NCBI GenBank assembly: GCA_964016885.1
Contig: OZ024743.1
Coordinates: forward strand, 150,846,001-150,910,000
DNA length: 64,000 nt
Direction: 5' to 3'
Source: Eledone cirrhosa
Taxonomy: Eukaryota
In this document: one piece after another, positions 49,211-64,000 of the stretch
Layout of the letters: each line of letters starts with the position of its first letter
Numbering within the stretch: the stretch's first letter is position 1
Position numbers and translations under genes: made by a program
The notes under the pieces: generated by a model
What the model was told of the DNA's origin: nothing
Database searches by the model: none
What the model saw: only the letters and a program-made list of their open reading frames with translations

Positions 49211-52200
49211 AATATAGTATGATTTGGTGATAGGAAAGGCAGTCAGCCATAGAAAACAACCTCAAAATGTCTTGTCAAATGAATGGCACCTTTAATTCAA
49301 GGTGTGAACCATGTCACACTTTGTATCATGCTGAATCTCCCTGAGAATTACATTATAGATGTATGTGTCTTTGTAATGCTCAGCTACTTATACAGTAATT
49401 TCATGAGCAAGCAGTTCCTTTGATTGAATCAACTGGAGCAGTCTTAGTCAGAAACAATGAAGAAACCTGTGCTGTATTTACAAAACAACATGTCTGGGGA
49501 AAATGTACTCACTGTAACAATAAATAATAAACTATATAATATCCCCTGTCACACACCCACACTCCACTAGTAGTGAGTGCTCCATCTTTCATTTGACACC
49601 ATCAACATATGTGTGTGTGTGTGTGTGTGCATTTATGCATGTATTCACATAGTTATAAATATGAATAGCTATTTAAAATATTCATATAATCTGCATACAC
49701 ACGCATGCATATATACATACATACATACATACATACATACATACATACATACAAATGTGTGTGGTGTGTGCATATATGTGCATATGTATACATACATACT
49801 TACATACATACAAATGTGTGTTGTGTGCACATACATACATACATACGTACATACATACATACATACATTTCTATATGCCCAGTTAAATATCAGAGACAAA
49901 CACACACGAAGACAAAATGTTTTAATGAAATTCGTGGTAGATTATGAAATAAAAGATAATTAGCTAACAATAATCAATAAAACATAAAAGATAATCAATC
50001 CAAATTAAAGAAAATATTTCTTTTCTATCATTTCATATCATTTTATATTTCCTTATTACCAACAGTTATCAGTAAAATATTTCTATATGTGTTTATAAAT
50101 ATTTATTTCATACATATTTATTTTGTAGACAATGTTCTAGTGCTAACATTCAACATAGCATATTTTGATATTTACTTCTTTTGTAGATTTCTTTTTAATA
50201 GCTCACTAGGTAGCTTAGTTGAAAGGTTGTTTTTAAACTGTGCTTTATAAGAAATAAATAATAAGTATCCATGTGAATTACTGAGATATCATTACTGCTA
50301 AACATAAAGAAAATGTATCAGGATTTGGGTCTGTATTTTCAAATCTACATTTATATTAACAAGTTTACGTTATCAACAAAAATGCACACATGAAAACATT
50401 GAATGCATGTATAAAATGCTTCAGTCAGAAGTTGCTAGTAAGTTCTAATGTGAAAATATTCATATTTGTGTTACAAACTATTTAATAAGGAGAGAATCCA
50501 TAAAACTAACAGAAGAGCTCAGTTAATAAAGAGTATGTTGAGAAAAGAAAATAACATGCTAAAATGTATTGTTTGAAATTATAAGTTATGCAACTCATAT
50601 TTCAACTCTTAAAACCAATAATATATATAAATATGTAATGTTTCCAGCAGATTTCACAATGATATAATTCTTATCAATTTATTTTTATTAAACATATCAT
50701 TGATTGTTAAAGTAAGAGAATAAAGATTCAGATTATAGATAAATGAAAAGTAGAAAGATATCCAGTTAAAATTATCAGTACATTAACTATTTAATCTTTG
50801 AAAAATATGCATAAAACATGAATTTGTGTTGGATATTTGTAAGGAACTTTTAGCTTATCTAAAAGTAGTTTAGTTTAATGTGCAATTCTTCAATATTTCA
50901 GAATTGAAATAAATAATCACGTTTTAACTCTTTGGAATTGTTCCCTTAATAATGTACTATTACAGAATCTTTATAGATTACATTTTCGGGGTTTTAAAGA
51001 AGGAGAAAAGTCTTTATTTCCTTCTGTAATGAACAATACTTATAAGATACTATTCTGCATGCTGTTTTTCTATTCTTTGTATTTTGGTAGAAGATTCTGA
51101 AAGTAAAGAAATATCCCTAAAAGACATTCGATTTTCTTTACTCATAAAATATCTTCACACCTATTATTATGACCTACTGTGGTTTAGCATTATCTTTATA
51201 TTTCAAGCAAACTGTTTAGGTATTTTATTGAAATATTATTCTGTGTTTGGAGGAATAATACCATGTGTATTCTAAATTCTTTAGAAAAATATAAGAAAAA
51301 TAATAGCTGTACACTCAAAAAATATGTATCATCAAAAAGTATTTCTTAATTTTTTCTGGAGTTTACTTTCTCAAAGGCAGTTTAATCAAAACAATTACTC
51401 ATTTATCTTAGAATGTTTTAAAATATAGCTTGAATTACATATATTACATATTCTTGTGATTAAACTCCTTAGCTTGATTAGTTTGGATTTAAATTATTGA
51501 ATTCATATAACAGTTTACATATCTAAATTTTTCATGCTTGACTGACAAATAAGTAAAAAATTTAAAACATTACAGAGGTTTTTCTGTAAAAATTAAGAAA
51601 AAAAAAATCAAGCATAAATGTTGTATTTCAAATTTACACTTGAAACTCTAGTGGTGACAACAACCGAATACATTGGAAAGAAACAATTCAAGTACACAAG
51701 TTTTCAAATATATTGTTCAGAATAAGGTGAAATATGTTCATACCTTTATTGATTGCATCACATTTAAAATGGAGTTGTTTATTATTTTTTTCTTTCATAC
51801 CTATTTTGATATCCATTTTGTATGGAGAAAAATATAATTTGGATGAGTGTCTAATTATTGGGAAGAAAGAAATTCAACATATTTAATCTAATCATTTGAC
51901 TTAGCATCAAAGAAACATAAAGCCTTAATAATAATGACGTTTGGGTGAAATAAGGAAATCTAAAGAAATACAACCTGAAAAAATGTGCTAAATTAATTCA
52001 AGTTGTTATTTTAAAAATTTGATACCAGCTTTTCTCTCTTTTTCTAATGATAACACCTTAGGGTTTATTGATAAATTCTTCCTAAAATAATAGTTACACC
52101 AAATAAACTAGATAGCAAGAACATCAACATTCTATGTTCATTATTGATAATTTCTTATACACTAAAAGTATGAATATTGGATCAAGAAGAAAGATGTATC

Positions 52201-55200
52201 AATATCAAGAGGTGTAATATCTTAGTTCTGTAGCAATAATAAATCCATCTTATCAATTATCATCTAATTTATTCTCCATAACAAGTTTGTTTTCCACTTT
52301 TTAAAAAAACTGATAGTTTGGACTATATCTAAATTTATTAAAGAACAACATTTACAGTCTACTGAAGATGATTGTAAGATATTTCTATAAATTGTAGTTC
52401 GTTTTATATTTTTCTCTTCTAAAAATACCAACAGTTCTCTATAATATTATTTTGTTTGTCACGAATGTGTTTCATTTTTACACTTTTAACAATCTAAGCT
52501 ATGCAACAAAATTGAGGACATAATCCAAATCTAAGCATGATGAAAAAATATTGTGAAGATTTATGAATTTTCGCATCAAATAACATTTTTATAACATGTT
52601 ATTTCTACAGATTTCCCCTAGTTGATATTAATCAGAATAAAACTACAGTCCCTAAATATTTAGACACACTATATAGAATTTCCATACAGTTAATTCACAA
52701 AAAATGCATTAACACTTCATACTGTGAACTATTTAACGCTTCAGTAAAAGAAATGTCCAACAACGAGGTTGATAAATCATTCTTAGTAGCAAGCCTTCTG
52801 GTGCTAAGGGGCTTTTGTGACTTATGCCCCTCCACCCCACCAATAATTTGTTTCAATATATTTGTGCTTTGATTTTTACTATATTGATTTTCTATTGACT
52901 CTATGATCATGTTTTTAATTTCTATCTTAGTATTGGTGATTAAAAGAACATGAGCAAATAATAATAATACATATGTACAGTATATATACTTAATCCCCTC
53001 CAATCCCAAAACTGTAACGGAAGCTCTGAGTAGAGATAATAAAAAGAAATACTATCAGTCAGAGTATTATACTTATATATTTGTTTCTGAAAACGTAATT
53101 TTAACTTAAAATTTCAGTAGATGTAACATTATTAATTAGGTATGGCTACATATTAAATTTGAGGAATACTTCCTATAAACTTTTCAAACTTTCTGAAACA
53201 GGGGTTTATAAGAGCCTAAGGCTAATATAGTAGTTTGAACACAGGTGAAATTCAAACTGAAATCTTTTGCTAAGAGCTCCACAGAATTGTAAAACTAAAA
53301 TCAAAGGGTAAGCAGCTTAGATCAGGATAGAAAAATGTTTTTGAGACATGTCATTAGACAGAGTGCTTACCGCACAATCAACAAATATGGTAGCACACTT
53401 ACAAGATTTTGGTCAAAACTGTTTTTTTTTAAATCTTTCTGTTTATAAATTAACAAATCAATCTGCATATTTGGAACCAATAATTATAAATGTAGAGGAG
53501 GAATAATTTTTTAGAAATTTGAAAGAGCAATGTTTAATGTGAAATTTATAATAAATTGAATTAAAAAAGCTTCTATATTATCTGTAATAAAGTAAGTTCT
53601 AGTTTCTTTTTTAAATACAACATTAATATAAAAATATTTTTGTAGGCATTTTACCAATATAATTTTAATCTTTATATATAAATAGTTTAGTAGGAAATTT
53701 CAATGTGACAAAAGTCATCTGAGTTTAGAAGCAGTTATTATATTGCTAATCAAATAATTTATCAACAAAGAAATCTTATTAGCATATAAATAAAATAATC
53801 ATTACTTTACTTTAAATATATTGATAATTAAGTGAATGCATTGAATTAATCATATATTTGGGCTAATGAAATGTAAATAAAAGTGATGTCATCATTGTCA
53901 ATATGCTGAAAAAGAAGACTGCTAATAACAGCCACTCTAAACATAAATACACAAAGAGATGGTGATGTCTCATAATGTCTCATTTAAAAGCTTGCTACTA
54001 AGCCCAGAAGGTAATAAGATATTATTTTAGTGCTGTTTCTCAAAGTACATGTATGAAGAATATTTTGGCAGCTAGTGTGGATCCCAACATAGTAGATAAA
54101 TAGTATATCAGTATATTTTTTAATTTGTCAAATATTGTATTAAAAAAAAATTAGGCAAAACCCACATACTGCAGACAGATATGTTTATTCACTAGATGCT
54201 CTTCATCCATATTTGGCAGAATATGCATGTTGCATATGTAAGTGATGGCCTCCAAAGGACATTCATTAGTGTTCACACCATATAGCCACTGTCACTTGAA
54301 TCCTTATAAAGATATCTAGAAGCAGAAACACAATATATTTGGTGTCAATGAAGATGAGGAGGCATCAAGAAGTGAAAACTTATAATGAAATTAACTAGAA
54401 GCTATTGTCTGAAATGAGACCAGTGTATTGGATGCAAATCACCAATGTGGCTTAGAAGATGAAGATCATTAGTCATGTGCCTTTTTTTCATGGTCTCTAA
54501 GGCTGATAGAAGAAAAAGGGAGGAAGATCTTGATATCCTAAATTTAGAAGCCTGGTCAGAATACATCTAATAATGCTGACACCACTAAAGGAGCTCAAGA
54601 ACCAAGTGGTAGCATTACACCATTGACTAATGAATTAAGACTGCTGCTCAATAACATGCACAAATTTTATTACAGTTTCCATCTAACTAATTTCCTTAAC
54701 AAGGCTTAAAGTTAAACCATAGCTATACTAGAAGATTCTTGCCTTTAATGTTATACAGTAAGATTGAACTTGAAATCATGGCTTAGCTTCTTAACCACAT
54801 GGCAATGCTTGCACACATAATGAAATTGGCCAGAATAATAAATTAGTTTATTTCATCATCACATTGAGATCAAATAAGAAGTGAATGGATTGATATCTTA
54901 GTTTTGAAAATAATTATTTATTCAATTTTAATTCAATACATATTTTAATTATGATACCATACATAGGGAATATCAGCAAAAATACTTAATTTATTAAAAA
55001 GACAGGAGAATTTAGATTAAATATTTAAGGAGCGTATATCAATATCATTCTGATGATCTACTTTCACATAAAAAATAAATATAGAACAAGGGATTAGAAA
55101 ATTAAACGTATAGATCCTTTTCTGAATATCCAAAATTGCAAACAGTTATGTTGTGTCCTCTTTTCTTCTTTTCTGCAGCTACTGCATTCATCTATGCTAC

Positions 55201-55640
55201 AGAAATAGTCTTTGCTTTTTTGGATTTTTAAAAATATTAATTGATAGAATATGGTAAGGTGTCACACATTAATGTTGCAGGTCCTTTCAGCTTGGTAAGA
55301 TTAATAAGTTGATGTTCTCAAACTGTCACAGGCTACTAATTAGGAGGAAAATATAGATAGGAAAGAGTTCCAGCAAGATGCAGTTCTGAAAAATTATTAG
55401 GCAGGTCTTGGAAATGAAAAACAGTAAAGATTAAGTGAGGGTGTGTAGGTGAATACATGAAGTAGCCAACAGTTTACTAATTCAGAAGGGGTAAAACATT
55501 ATAGTGGCAGTATAGAAACTAGATAGAAGCAATGCATTGTGATGGCTGTTCCATGTCCTTTATGAAAGAGTGGCAGCCAGATAGTTCTAGAATCTTAGAT
55601 AATTTATTTACTTGTCAATACCAGGTGATTTAAAGCTTTT

Positions 55641-57013
55641 CACCCTCCAATGGTCGTTCCTTGTTGTGGTAGGGGGCTTGTATGTCCCAGTGATTCCAAG
55701 AGCAAAGCTGCCTGGAGTTTACAGCTCTTGAAGGGCCACCCATGCAGCATGGTCAAGGAGGTGGGACCAGACTGAATGTGACAAACCCCAAAGACCCCAA
55801 CAGTAGAATGGGTGGAAGAAAATCTACATGATCTCAATGGCCAAACCGGTGGAAGAGGGCAGCACCAGTCAGACTGGCACAACCAAGGCGGCCCTTGAAA
55901 GACCAAGCATTCAGCAACCCAATGCCACCAGGATTGCCAGACCCTGCCTGTCTCAATCCACTTTGATCCACAAGGGAGACACCTCTAACGAAGTGTGTGG
56001 ACTTCTCTGTCATTCAGAGTTGTCCACCAAAATCAAATTGATGTTCTCGTACAAAGAGTACCATCTTCCGTGTGTGAGAACTTCAGTACAGTGACAACAA
56101 TGCAACTGGGGACCAGACAACCATCAACCTCCAGAGATCAGCAAACTTGTACAAACGAGGCTTACAAACGTTTCGGGATGCAGGTTAATGTAAAAACAAT
56201 GAAGATCCTCATCCAACCAGCCCCCGGACAAGCAACACCAGATGTCAGCATCAGCATTGATGGGCAGCAGGTAGAAATTGTCAACGAATTTGCCTACCTT
56301 GACAGTATCACCTGCGAGAAAGACCTTGATAATAGGATCAAAGTGGCCCATGCTGCATACGGAAGACTCTCGCACCGGGTCTTCAGCAATCACAGCCTCA
56401 CCCCAAGAACTAATGTCATGGTCTTTCGAGCAGTGGTCCTCTTCACCCTTCTGTAGACCTGTGAGGTATAGACCTTGTATCATTGGGATATCAAACATCT
56501 AGAGCAGTTACAGCAAACGAAGTTCCAAAGAATCATCCACATCAGTTGAGAGGACCACATTACCAATGAGGTCCTCTCTTGGGTGTCTCTCCACAACATC
56601 AAAGCTACCATCCTTCAACATCACCTTCACTGGGTGGGCCATGTGTCCAGAGTCCACTCAACCCAACTCCCTCATGCCATCCTGTCTGAAGAACTCACCA
56701 GTGAGAGGAGGCTAAGTTAAAGACATTCCTGACACAAGCCAACATCAACCCTGAGACATGGGAAACTATTGCAGCAAATCAGCCTTCCTGGCATAAGCCC
56801 ATCCAGGAGGGGACCGAGACTTTCAAATCCAACCATCGACATAAAGAAGATCTGTGACATGCTGCAAGGAAGGCCCTACTTGCCCAACCATGTCCACCTC
56901 CAACATATCCCTGTGACTCCTGCTTATGACTCTTCAGAAGTAGACTGGGCTTCCACAGTCATGTTCATCACTGCCACCAGGAGAGGAAAAAAGAATAAGG
57001 AGAAAGGATGATG
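55641..57013 (+). mobile_element. RTE (BovB-like) element with a large internal deletion
   Basis: 5' UTR ccttgttgtggtagggggcttg...gggccaccca; RT C-terminus GMQVNVKTMKILIQP..FAYLDS..RIKVAHAAYGRL..VFRAVVL; (GAT)n end. Confidence 0.7.
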
Positions 57014-57589
57014 ATCCCAGTACTCAAACATGATCAGGTGCCAATGAAAACTTTTCAAATCCATTCATATTCTTATGAAACATTAGGACATTGTATATGA
57101 AACCATAAAAATACCTTAAACATTTAATCCTTAAATCCTCAATAACTCCTTAACCCTTAAAATATAGTTACATGACTATATCTTGTACAGAGTTCCCCCT
57201 TTTTAAACTGTAGCCATCTATAATCATTATATGTTGTGCATGTATACAGTATATGTGTTGTATGTGATGCATACATGCTTAATCTAATGCAGTTGTAGTC
57301 TAAAAACCATTAAAATCTGAAGAAAATTTCAGTAAATGAGAAATTAGTAGCAGTCTACATATGATTACATGCACAAAATAGTATGTCATATGTTGTGTCA
57401 TATGTTGTATAATTAATGTTATTGCTCTCTCAAACCATCACCATATTCTGAGCATTAATCTTGTATATCAATAATGTAGAGATGCTTCTTAAATTCAGAA
57501 AATTCCCTACTCCAGACATGTGTATTTACTTATATGTGTGAGTATTTGTGTGTATGAAATAGAGAGATAGATATTTGCATAGATAGATG

Positions 57590-57633
<44 letters not shown>

Positions 57634-57887
57634 CATTATCATCAACATTTGATGTTCATTTCTCCATGCTAGCATGGGTTAGACAAGCTATCCCGCTGCT
57701 TTGCTCATACAGAACTGATTTGGGCTTGGTTTTTACAGTTGGGTGTCCTTCCTAATGCCAACCACATTTACGGTGTGTATTGGGTGCTTTTTGTCATGAG
57801 ACCTACATGACCACTTTACAGTGTGGACTGGGCGCTTTTTCAGTTTAAATGTGTTTCAGCTTTTATATTTATGTAGAATTACAATTA

Positions 57888-58838
57888 CACTATGTAGCAA
57901 ATATTTTACTTTTTAGTTGGTTTTTGGTCAATAAGTGCTATTTCCTTTTTCTGCCTAGAGTTCACAGGAAAAGACTATTATTCTCCTCTAACTTTGCTTT
58001 TGTGACTTGGACAGCCCCTGGTTGATCCCCAGAAGGTATTGTTCCCACCACTTCACTTAAAATTCGACCTTATGAAACAGTTTGTCGCAGCTCTAGATAA
58101 GGAGTTGGCAGACTTCAGGTACCTTCAAGACTTCAGGTACCTTCAAGACTTCTTCCCTAAGCAGTTTGAGGCAAAAGTGAAAGCCGGCATCTTCGTCGGA
58201 CCACAAATAGAGAAGATCATGAAATGGAAGGAATTCCCCAAGAAGCTCACTAAGAAAGTGGAGGCAGCATGGAATGGCTTTGTTCAGGACTTCCTGGGAA
58301 ATGACAAGGCCAAAAATTATGTGGAGCTTGTTGAGACACTGGTGAAGAACTTCAGCAAAATGTGTTGCAGGATGTTCCTCAAAGTTCTTGATGCTCATCT
58401 AGATTAATTTATGAAAGCATACTCAGAAGAACAAGGGGATCGCTTCCACCAGGATATATTTGACTTTGAACGTCACTACCAAGGATCATATAATGAAAAC
58501 ATGATGGGAGACTATATATGAGGGCTGATTCGTTAAAAGCAATTTGCAGCTTAAGTGTAAATCCTGAAAACCCACTCACTTCTAAGTTTTTTGTGTAATA
58601 CTAGAATTTAAAAAATGCTACTTTTTTAACCATATATCATTTTATTCCAACTTTGCTTGAACGAGAATGTTCTGATTTGGCAGTTTTCCCAATAGGATTA
58701 GATAAATCTAGAAATATCATTATCATGACTATAAAAGCAAAGTTTTAAGGAAATATTAGCCATTTTTCATCCTTTCTAGGCATAAGCATATAGAAAGTAA
58801 TAGTTGCTACCCAAGGACAAAAATCGTATTACACAATG
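57888..58838 (+). mobile_element. Chapaev3-like (CMC) DNA transposon, internal-deletion derivative, TTA TSD
   Basis: Transposase C-terminus PPLHLKFDLMKQFV..GIFVGPQI..FLGNDKAKNY..AYSEEQGDRFHQDI..YQG..MMGDY; ends CACTATGTA.../...TACACAATG, flanked by tta (57885-87, 58839-41). Confidence 0.75.
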
Positions 58839-58872
58839 TTATCTACCAACTGAGTCATTTCTTTTCTGAGCA

Positions 58873-59401
58873 ACATCAGGTACTACTGCTTCCTCTGTTG
58901 ACAATGAAGGGTTTCTCACTGCAAACGAAAGGTTCATTGTATGATGCCTGTGTGAGATGTGTGATGCTGCATGGTAGTGAGACATGGGCAGCAACTGCAG
59001 AGGATATGTGAAAGCTGGAGAGAAATGAAGCAAATATGTTCCAATGGATGTGCAATGTCAATGTGCGTGAATGACCAAGCATAGATGAGTTGAGAGAGAA
59101 ACTGTGTATAAGAGGGATAAGTTGTAGTGTGCGGGAGAGAAGACTGCGATGGTATGTGCATGTGATGTGCATGGAGGATGACCGCTGGATAAAGAAGTGC
59201 CAAGAAATCCCAGTAGAAGGAAGACGCAGTAGAGAAAGACCACAAAAAACATGGGCGGAGGTGGTGAGAGCAGACCTCAGATTGCTGAAGCTCACGGAGG
59301 AGATGATGAAGGACCATGACAAATGGAGAGATGTGCTGAAAAGGACCCATTCCACCCTTGCAAGCAGGGAAAAGTGGACGTAAAATGATGATGATGATGA
59401 T
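58873..59401 (+). mobile_element. RTE-clade LINE 3' fragment
   Basis: ERRLRWYVHVMCMEDDRWIKKC..RPQKTW; (GAT)n tail. Confidence 0.85.
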
Positions 59402-60690
59402 TCTATTTTATTCCTCAGTGCATGCTTGTACATATGTGCATATGTGTGTCCTCTTGCTTTTGTCCCTTAATGTAGTAGTTTGTCCAATTAGCAAAAAGTA
59501 ATTGACAGACATGCTCCAGCCTCTGGCCTACATTACTACTGTTACTACAGTTGCATTGTTCCTTGGAGTTGGCTGACCTCATACTACCTTCATTTGGCAT
59601 GACAATAGCAGGGCATCTGATCAAAAGAAAGAAAGTGCAGCCTGGGCTCAATATTATGCAATACCATCCTTGTACACATTGATGCCATTAATGTTCTGGT
59701 TAAACTATTGCAAATCAACGCCAGTAGGAAGGATATAATCAGGGAGGAAGTTCTAAAGTGGTATTATCATCATCATCGTTTTAAGGAAAGAAAAACAAGG
59801 ATTTTGTCATTTATTTATAGAAAATGATATCAAGTGTATTGATACGTATATACTTTAGCATTTAAACTGGCTGTATCTAGCCAGAATTCTCTCACCTCTT
59901 TTTATTCAAATCAGCTGCAACTAGCCACTCATGCTGATGTTAAGGTATTGTTCTCAAAATAAAGAATATCAAAATCTCAAAAATTTGATATTATGTAAGA
60001 TACTATGTGAGATAAAGCCTTTACCACGAAAATACAGTAGTATATATAGCGTAATGTATATAAGGGTTAAGTCTTTCATTTTGTATCTTTTTTTTATATT
60101 TTGTTTTGTATGCATGGCTGCTTTTCAACATTTTTATGGAGTCATCTGCTAATATTTACTGATATTTTCATTAAAGTTTATTGACTATAAAAACAAAACT
60201 GTAAGAATTCTGTTACTACTGTTGCATGGGAACATTTGCACATATTGTTCTTTCTGTATGTACAAACTGAAATTAGAAGATCAGAAAATGTTCCTTGGGA
60301 AGTATAAGCATGATTGACATTTGAAATGTCTTTAATATTAGAGAATTTTGCCTTTTCTATATACCTTGTTATATATACATGTTGATTATCATACATGTTA
60401 TATATTTGTTAGCAGCTAAGCTTTTAAGAAGTAGAATAGTTTTATTCATTAAATGAACTAAACAGAAAGATACTGCTGATTTACAGTAGAATGATAATTT
60501 AAGACACAGCAATTTTGAAAGGCATTTTTATATAATTTCTATCTATAAATATCTATCTATAAATCAGTTTTTTTTATAGAACATGATATATACAACAATA
60601 AATTGAACTTTCATAGTTACAACAAACTTTAATAACCCACTCCTTACTTTCAATGTCTTATAATCACTTTAAGAACATTATTTTAGCATT

Positions 60691-60864
60691 GGGTGGTGGA
60701 TTGGCAGTATCGGTAGAGGGTCAGACGCATAGAGTTACGGCCTTTGCCATTCTGAGTTCAAATCCCGCCAAGGTTAACTTTGCCTTTCATCCTTATGGGG
60801 TCGATAAAATAAAGTACCAGTAATACACTGGGTAATTGCCAGCCTTGTGCCAAAAGTAGAAACA
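60691..60864 (+). mobile_element. tRNA-derived SINE with 12-bp TSD
   Basis: Family of 11235/41231; TSD attattttagca at 60677-60688 and 60865-60876. Confidence 0.85.
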
Positions 60865-61369
60865 ATTATTTTAGCAATGTAAGTAAATGGTAAAATCTGG
60901 AAGACAGAGAAAAGAAACTGAATTCAATCGAATTTACTGCTTGAAAATGTACTTTTTGTCCTTTTATTTGTTCTTATGCAACTTGATAAAACTCAGTTAA
61001 AATGTAAAGAAGAAATTCTATTGAATGTTCAAGAACTAAGAATTCAATCAGCAGAGCACATTAATTACTCTATTAACCTACATGAATTTTTAACCAGTGA
61101 ATATTATATTATGCTTTAACCACTGAATATCTTATAGCATAATAATCACAAATGCAACTTTGTTTTAGCTGATCAAATGATCCACAAATAGGCCAAATAC
61201 TTTGGTAGTTCATTAGCTTGAATACATTCATGTGTCGTGGAGAGAAGAGATAAATGTTTATTCAAATTCACAAACTTCACTTTATAATTTTTCTCAAAAC
61301 AATCACATCCAGTTTCCTAGGACTTTGTTTTTTATAAATATTCTATTCATCAATTGTTTACATTAAGAA

Positions 61370-63402
61370 ATCATCATCATCATTATCATCACCGTTTTAC
61401 GTCTGTTCTTCCACGCGAGCATGAGTTAGACGGCTTGTCCTGTTGTGGGCAGTGTCTGGTTGGCTGACCATGCCTTGCTCATACAGGAACTGATTTGGCT
61501 TGATTTCTACAGCTGGATGCCCTTCCTAACACCAACCTCATTTACAGTGAGTGCTGGGTGCTTTTTCGTGGCGCCTACACGTCCACTTTACAGTGTGGGC
61601 TGGGTGCTTTTTTGCCGTGGCACCTCCACGACCACATTGCAGTGGGAGGGTGTGGGGGCATATTGTCTATATGCTTCAGCTTGTACCCATGGGAGGTCGG
61701 GTACTCTGTATTACTGCGTGACACCAGAGGTCACAGTCGTGTGTCATCGCCTTTGAGAGGTGTAATTGGGTAAGGTCGGCTTTTATCACCTCATCCCAGG
61801 TCATCTTGGGTCTCCCCACTCCGCGGTTTCCATCGACTTCTAGTGCTCTGCACCTTTTTATGCAGCTGTCATCCTTCATACGCATCACATGTCCATACCA
61901 ATGCAACCGCCTCTCCTGCACACAGCATTTGATTCCTCTTATGCTCAGTCTCTCTCTCAATTCATTTATGCTTTGCCGTTCGCGTATATTACTATTACAC
62001 ATCCATCGGAGCATGCAGGCTTTGTTTCTCTCTAATCTACATAAGTCTTCCGCCTTCAGTGCCCAGGTCTCACTGCCATGTAACATTGCTGTTCGGATAC
62101 ACGCATCATACAGTCTGCCTTTCATTTTGAGGGAGAAGCCTTTTGCAGCTAGCAGTGGCAGTAGTTCCCTGAACTTCTTCCATCCCGTTCTTACCCTAGT
62201 TATTGTACTTTCTGAACACCCACCTCCGCTGCTAATTCGGTCACCTGGGTAGCAGAAGCTGTCTACTGTCTCTACAGAGCCCTCCCAGAGATTGGTGGTA
62301 CTTGTTTCCTGTGGCTGTTTGCTGCTTGCTGTCCCAGTACAGCTGCTGCATGTGAAGCCTACATTCTTAATTAAGCTTCCTGAGATCCCGCTACATCTCT
62401 TGTGTACCCATTGTTTGCATTTGGGGTAGAGAATGGAGTTCCTACCTACACCTTTCCTACATACTGAGCAAGGCCATTTCCCTGAAGAGATCTGGGTTCT
62501 GTTTTCTCGTCTACTTACAAGGACCTTAGTCTTTGTCATGTTGACTTTGAGACCCTTTCTTTCTAGTCCCTGCTTCCAAGTTTGGAATTTCTTCTCTAGT
62601 TCTACCATAGATTCAGCTATAAGTGCGAGGTCATCTGCATACAGGAGTTCCCATGGGCATCCAGTCTCAAACTCCTCCGTTATTGCCTGCAGGACTATGA
62701 TGAACAGGAGAGGGCTAAGAACAGAGCCCTGGTGGACACCAACCTGTACGCTAAATTCCTCGCTATACTCATTGCTAATCCTAACTTTGCTGACTGCTCC
62801 CCTATACATGGCTTGTACCGCTTTCACAAGCCATTCATCTACTCCTAGTTTTCTAAGAGCCCACCAGATTACAGCACGTGGAACTCTGTCAAAGGCTTTC
62901 TTGAGATCGACGAATGCCAGGTAGAGTGGCTCACTTTTAGCTAGGTACTTTTCCTGTAACTGCCTCACAAGGAAGAGGGCATCAGTGGTGCCTCTTCCTG
63001 ATACTAACCCAAATTGCATCTCATCTAGTTTCACCCGGTCCCTAATCAACTGTGCTATAACTCTTTCTCTTACTTTCATGACCTGGTCCATCTATAGTTT
63101 CCTCTATCTAGTGCAACACCTTTACCTTTGTAGCAGTTGACAATGATGCTACTGCACCAATCCTTTGGTATGACACCTTCTAATATTACCTGGTTAACAA
63201 TACGTGTGGTTATAGTGTGACCTACAGACCCAGATGCCTTCAGCATCTCGGCAGCTATACCTGATGGACCGGTTGCCTTCCCCATCTTCATATCCTTGAT
63301 TGCCTCACTTACTACACTGCTGCTGACTTGTACTGCTGGCTCCTCTATAGGGTCTACTTGGGGTAGGGTCTCTTCTTCCCATGCATTCTCCTCATTTATC
63401 AT
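61370..63402 (-). mobile_element. RTE-clade LINE, 5'-truncated; RT largely open (61676-63091, 471 aa)
   Basis: GKATGPSGI, QFGLVSGRGTTDALF, FVDLKKAFDRV, GVHQGSVLSPLLF, LLYADDLAL; 3' UTR shared with SINE 27089; (GAT)n tail. Confidence 0.92.
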
Positions 63403-64000
63403 TAACTCAAAATATCAAAAATATGAAAAAAAAAAGCATGTTTTTATTAAATTACATGCTTCCTCAGATGTATCCTTAGTGTTATTTATCTTTCAGTTTG
63501 AAAATTATTTGGAGGTTAAATTCTGTATTTATGTTATATGTTAATTTATGTATTTATGTTATGCGTTAATTTATGTATCTACGTTTGTAAATGTCTGATG
63601 ACCAAAGATACAAATTGAGTTCCAATATATCAAATGATTGTAAATATATTTTTTAAGATGCCAAAATGAAATCATGCAACCTAATTTACATCTACTAAAT
63701 AACTAAACTCATTTGACAATTCTTCAAATAGATGTAACTAGTTAATTGAATTTGTCAATATTATTGAATGATATTCAAATGAAACTTTCAATGCTTTTTT
63801 TTATTTAAGTACTTCATACATTTCTTTTGTATAAAGGCCATACTGAGGGACATGGTCTCAGCACTACTGTCATTGTCATCATCATCATAAAGTTTATTTT
63901 TATTTTGTTTTTTAATGCTGATATCAAATTATCCGGCCAGTAATACTGCACCTCCTTAAGTATCTCAATCTTGTTTAATCTTATCTGAAAGATTGAATGT

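Noticed and set aside
49950-55600. Host gene exons in long AT-rich stretches (also 8.4-11.2 and 15.3-17.2 kb)
   Set aside because: No ORF with recognisable protein features; short exons cannot be excluded without RNA data
61806-62924. Antisense ORFs over RT regions (also 35253-35867 and 14126-14653)
   Set aside because: Shadow ORFs of the coding strand with no independent features

Overview
AT-rich, repeat-dominated eukaryotic DNA. The SINE/RTE/(TA)n landscape looks like a cephalopod (octopus-type) genome; this is an inference. I found no supportable host exon. The window is a patchwork of decayed non-LTR retroelements (at least six RTE-clade pieces, one CR1-group, two Tx1-clade), tRNA-derived SINEs with clear TSDs, a Chapaev3-like DNA-transposon deletion derivative, MITE-like pieces, microsatellites and several foldback hairpins. 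The main feature is a cluster of Penelope-like retroelements (PLEs, Naiad-type by protein motifs) at ~32.9-48.2 kb. It contains one nearly intact copy with direct pseudo-LTRs, two copies with inverted pseudo-LTRs (one a 5-kb foldback with 2-kb arms) and orphan pLTR ends. Almost all carry a type-I hammerhead ribozyme that can be folded by eye. In four ends that look unrelated in sequence, the predicted cleavage site is followed at once by AATAAA/ATTAAA and the element stops about 50-52 nt later, which suggests a fixed-distance reverse-transcription start. All folds and coordinates were read by hand; nothing was computed or searched.
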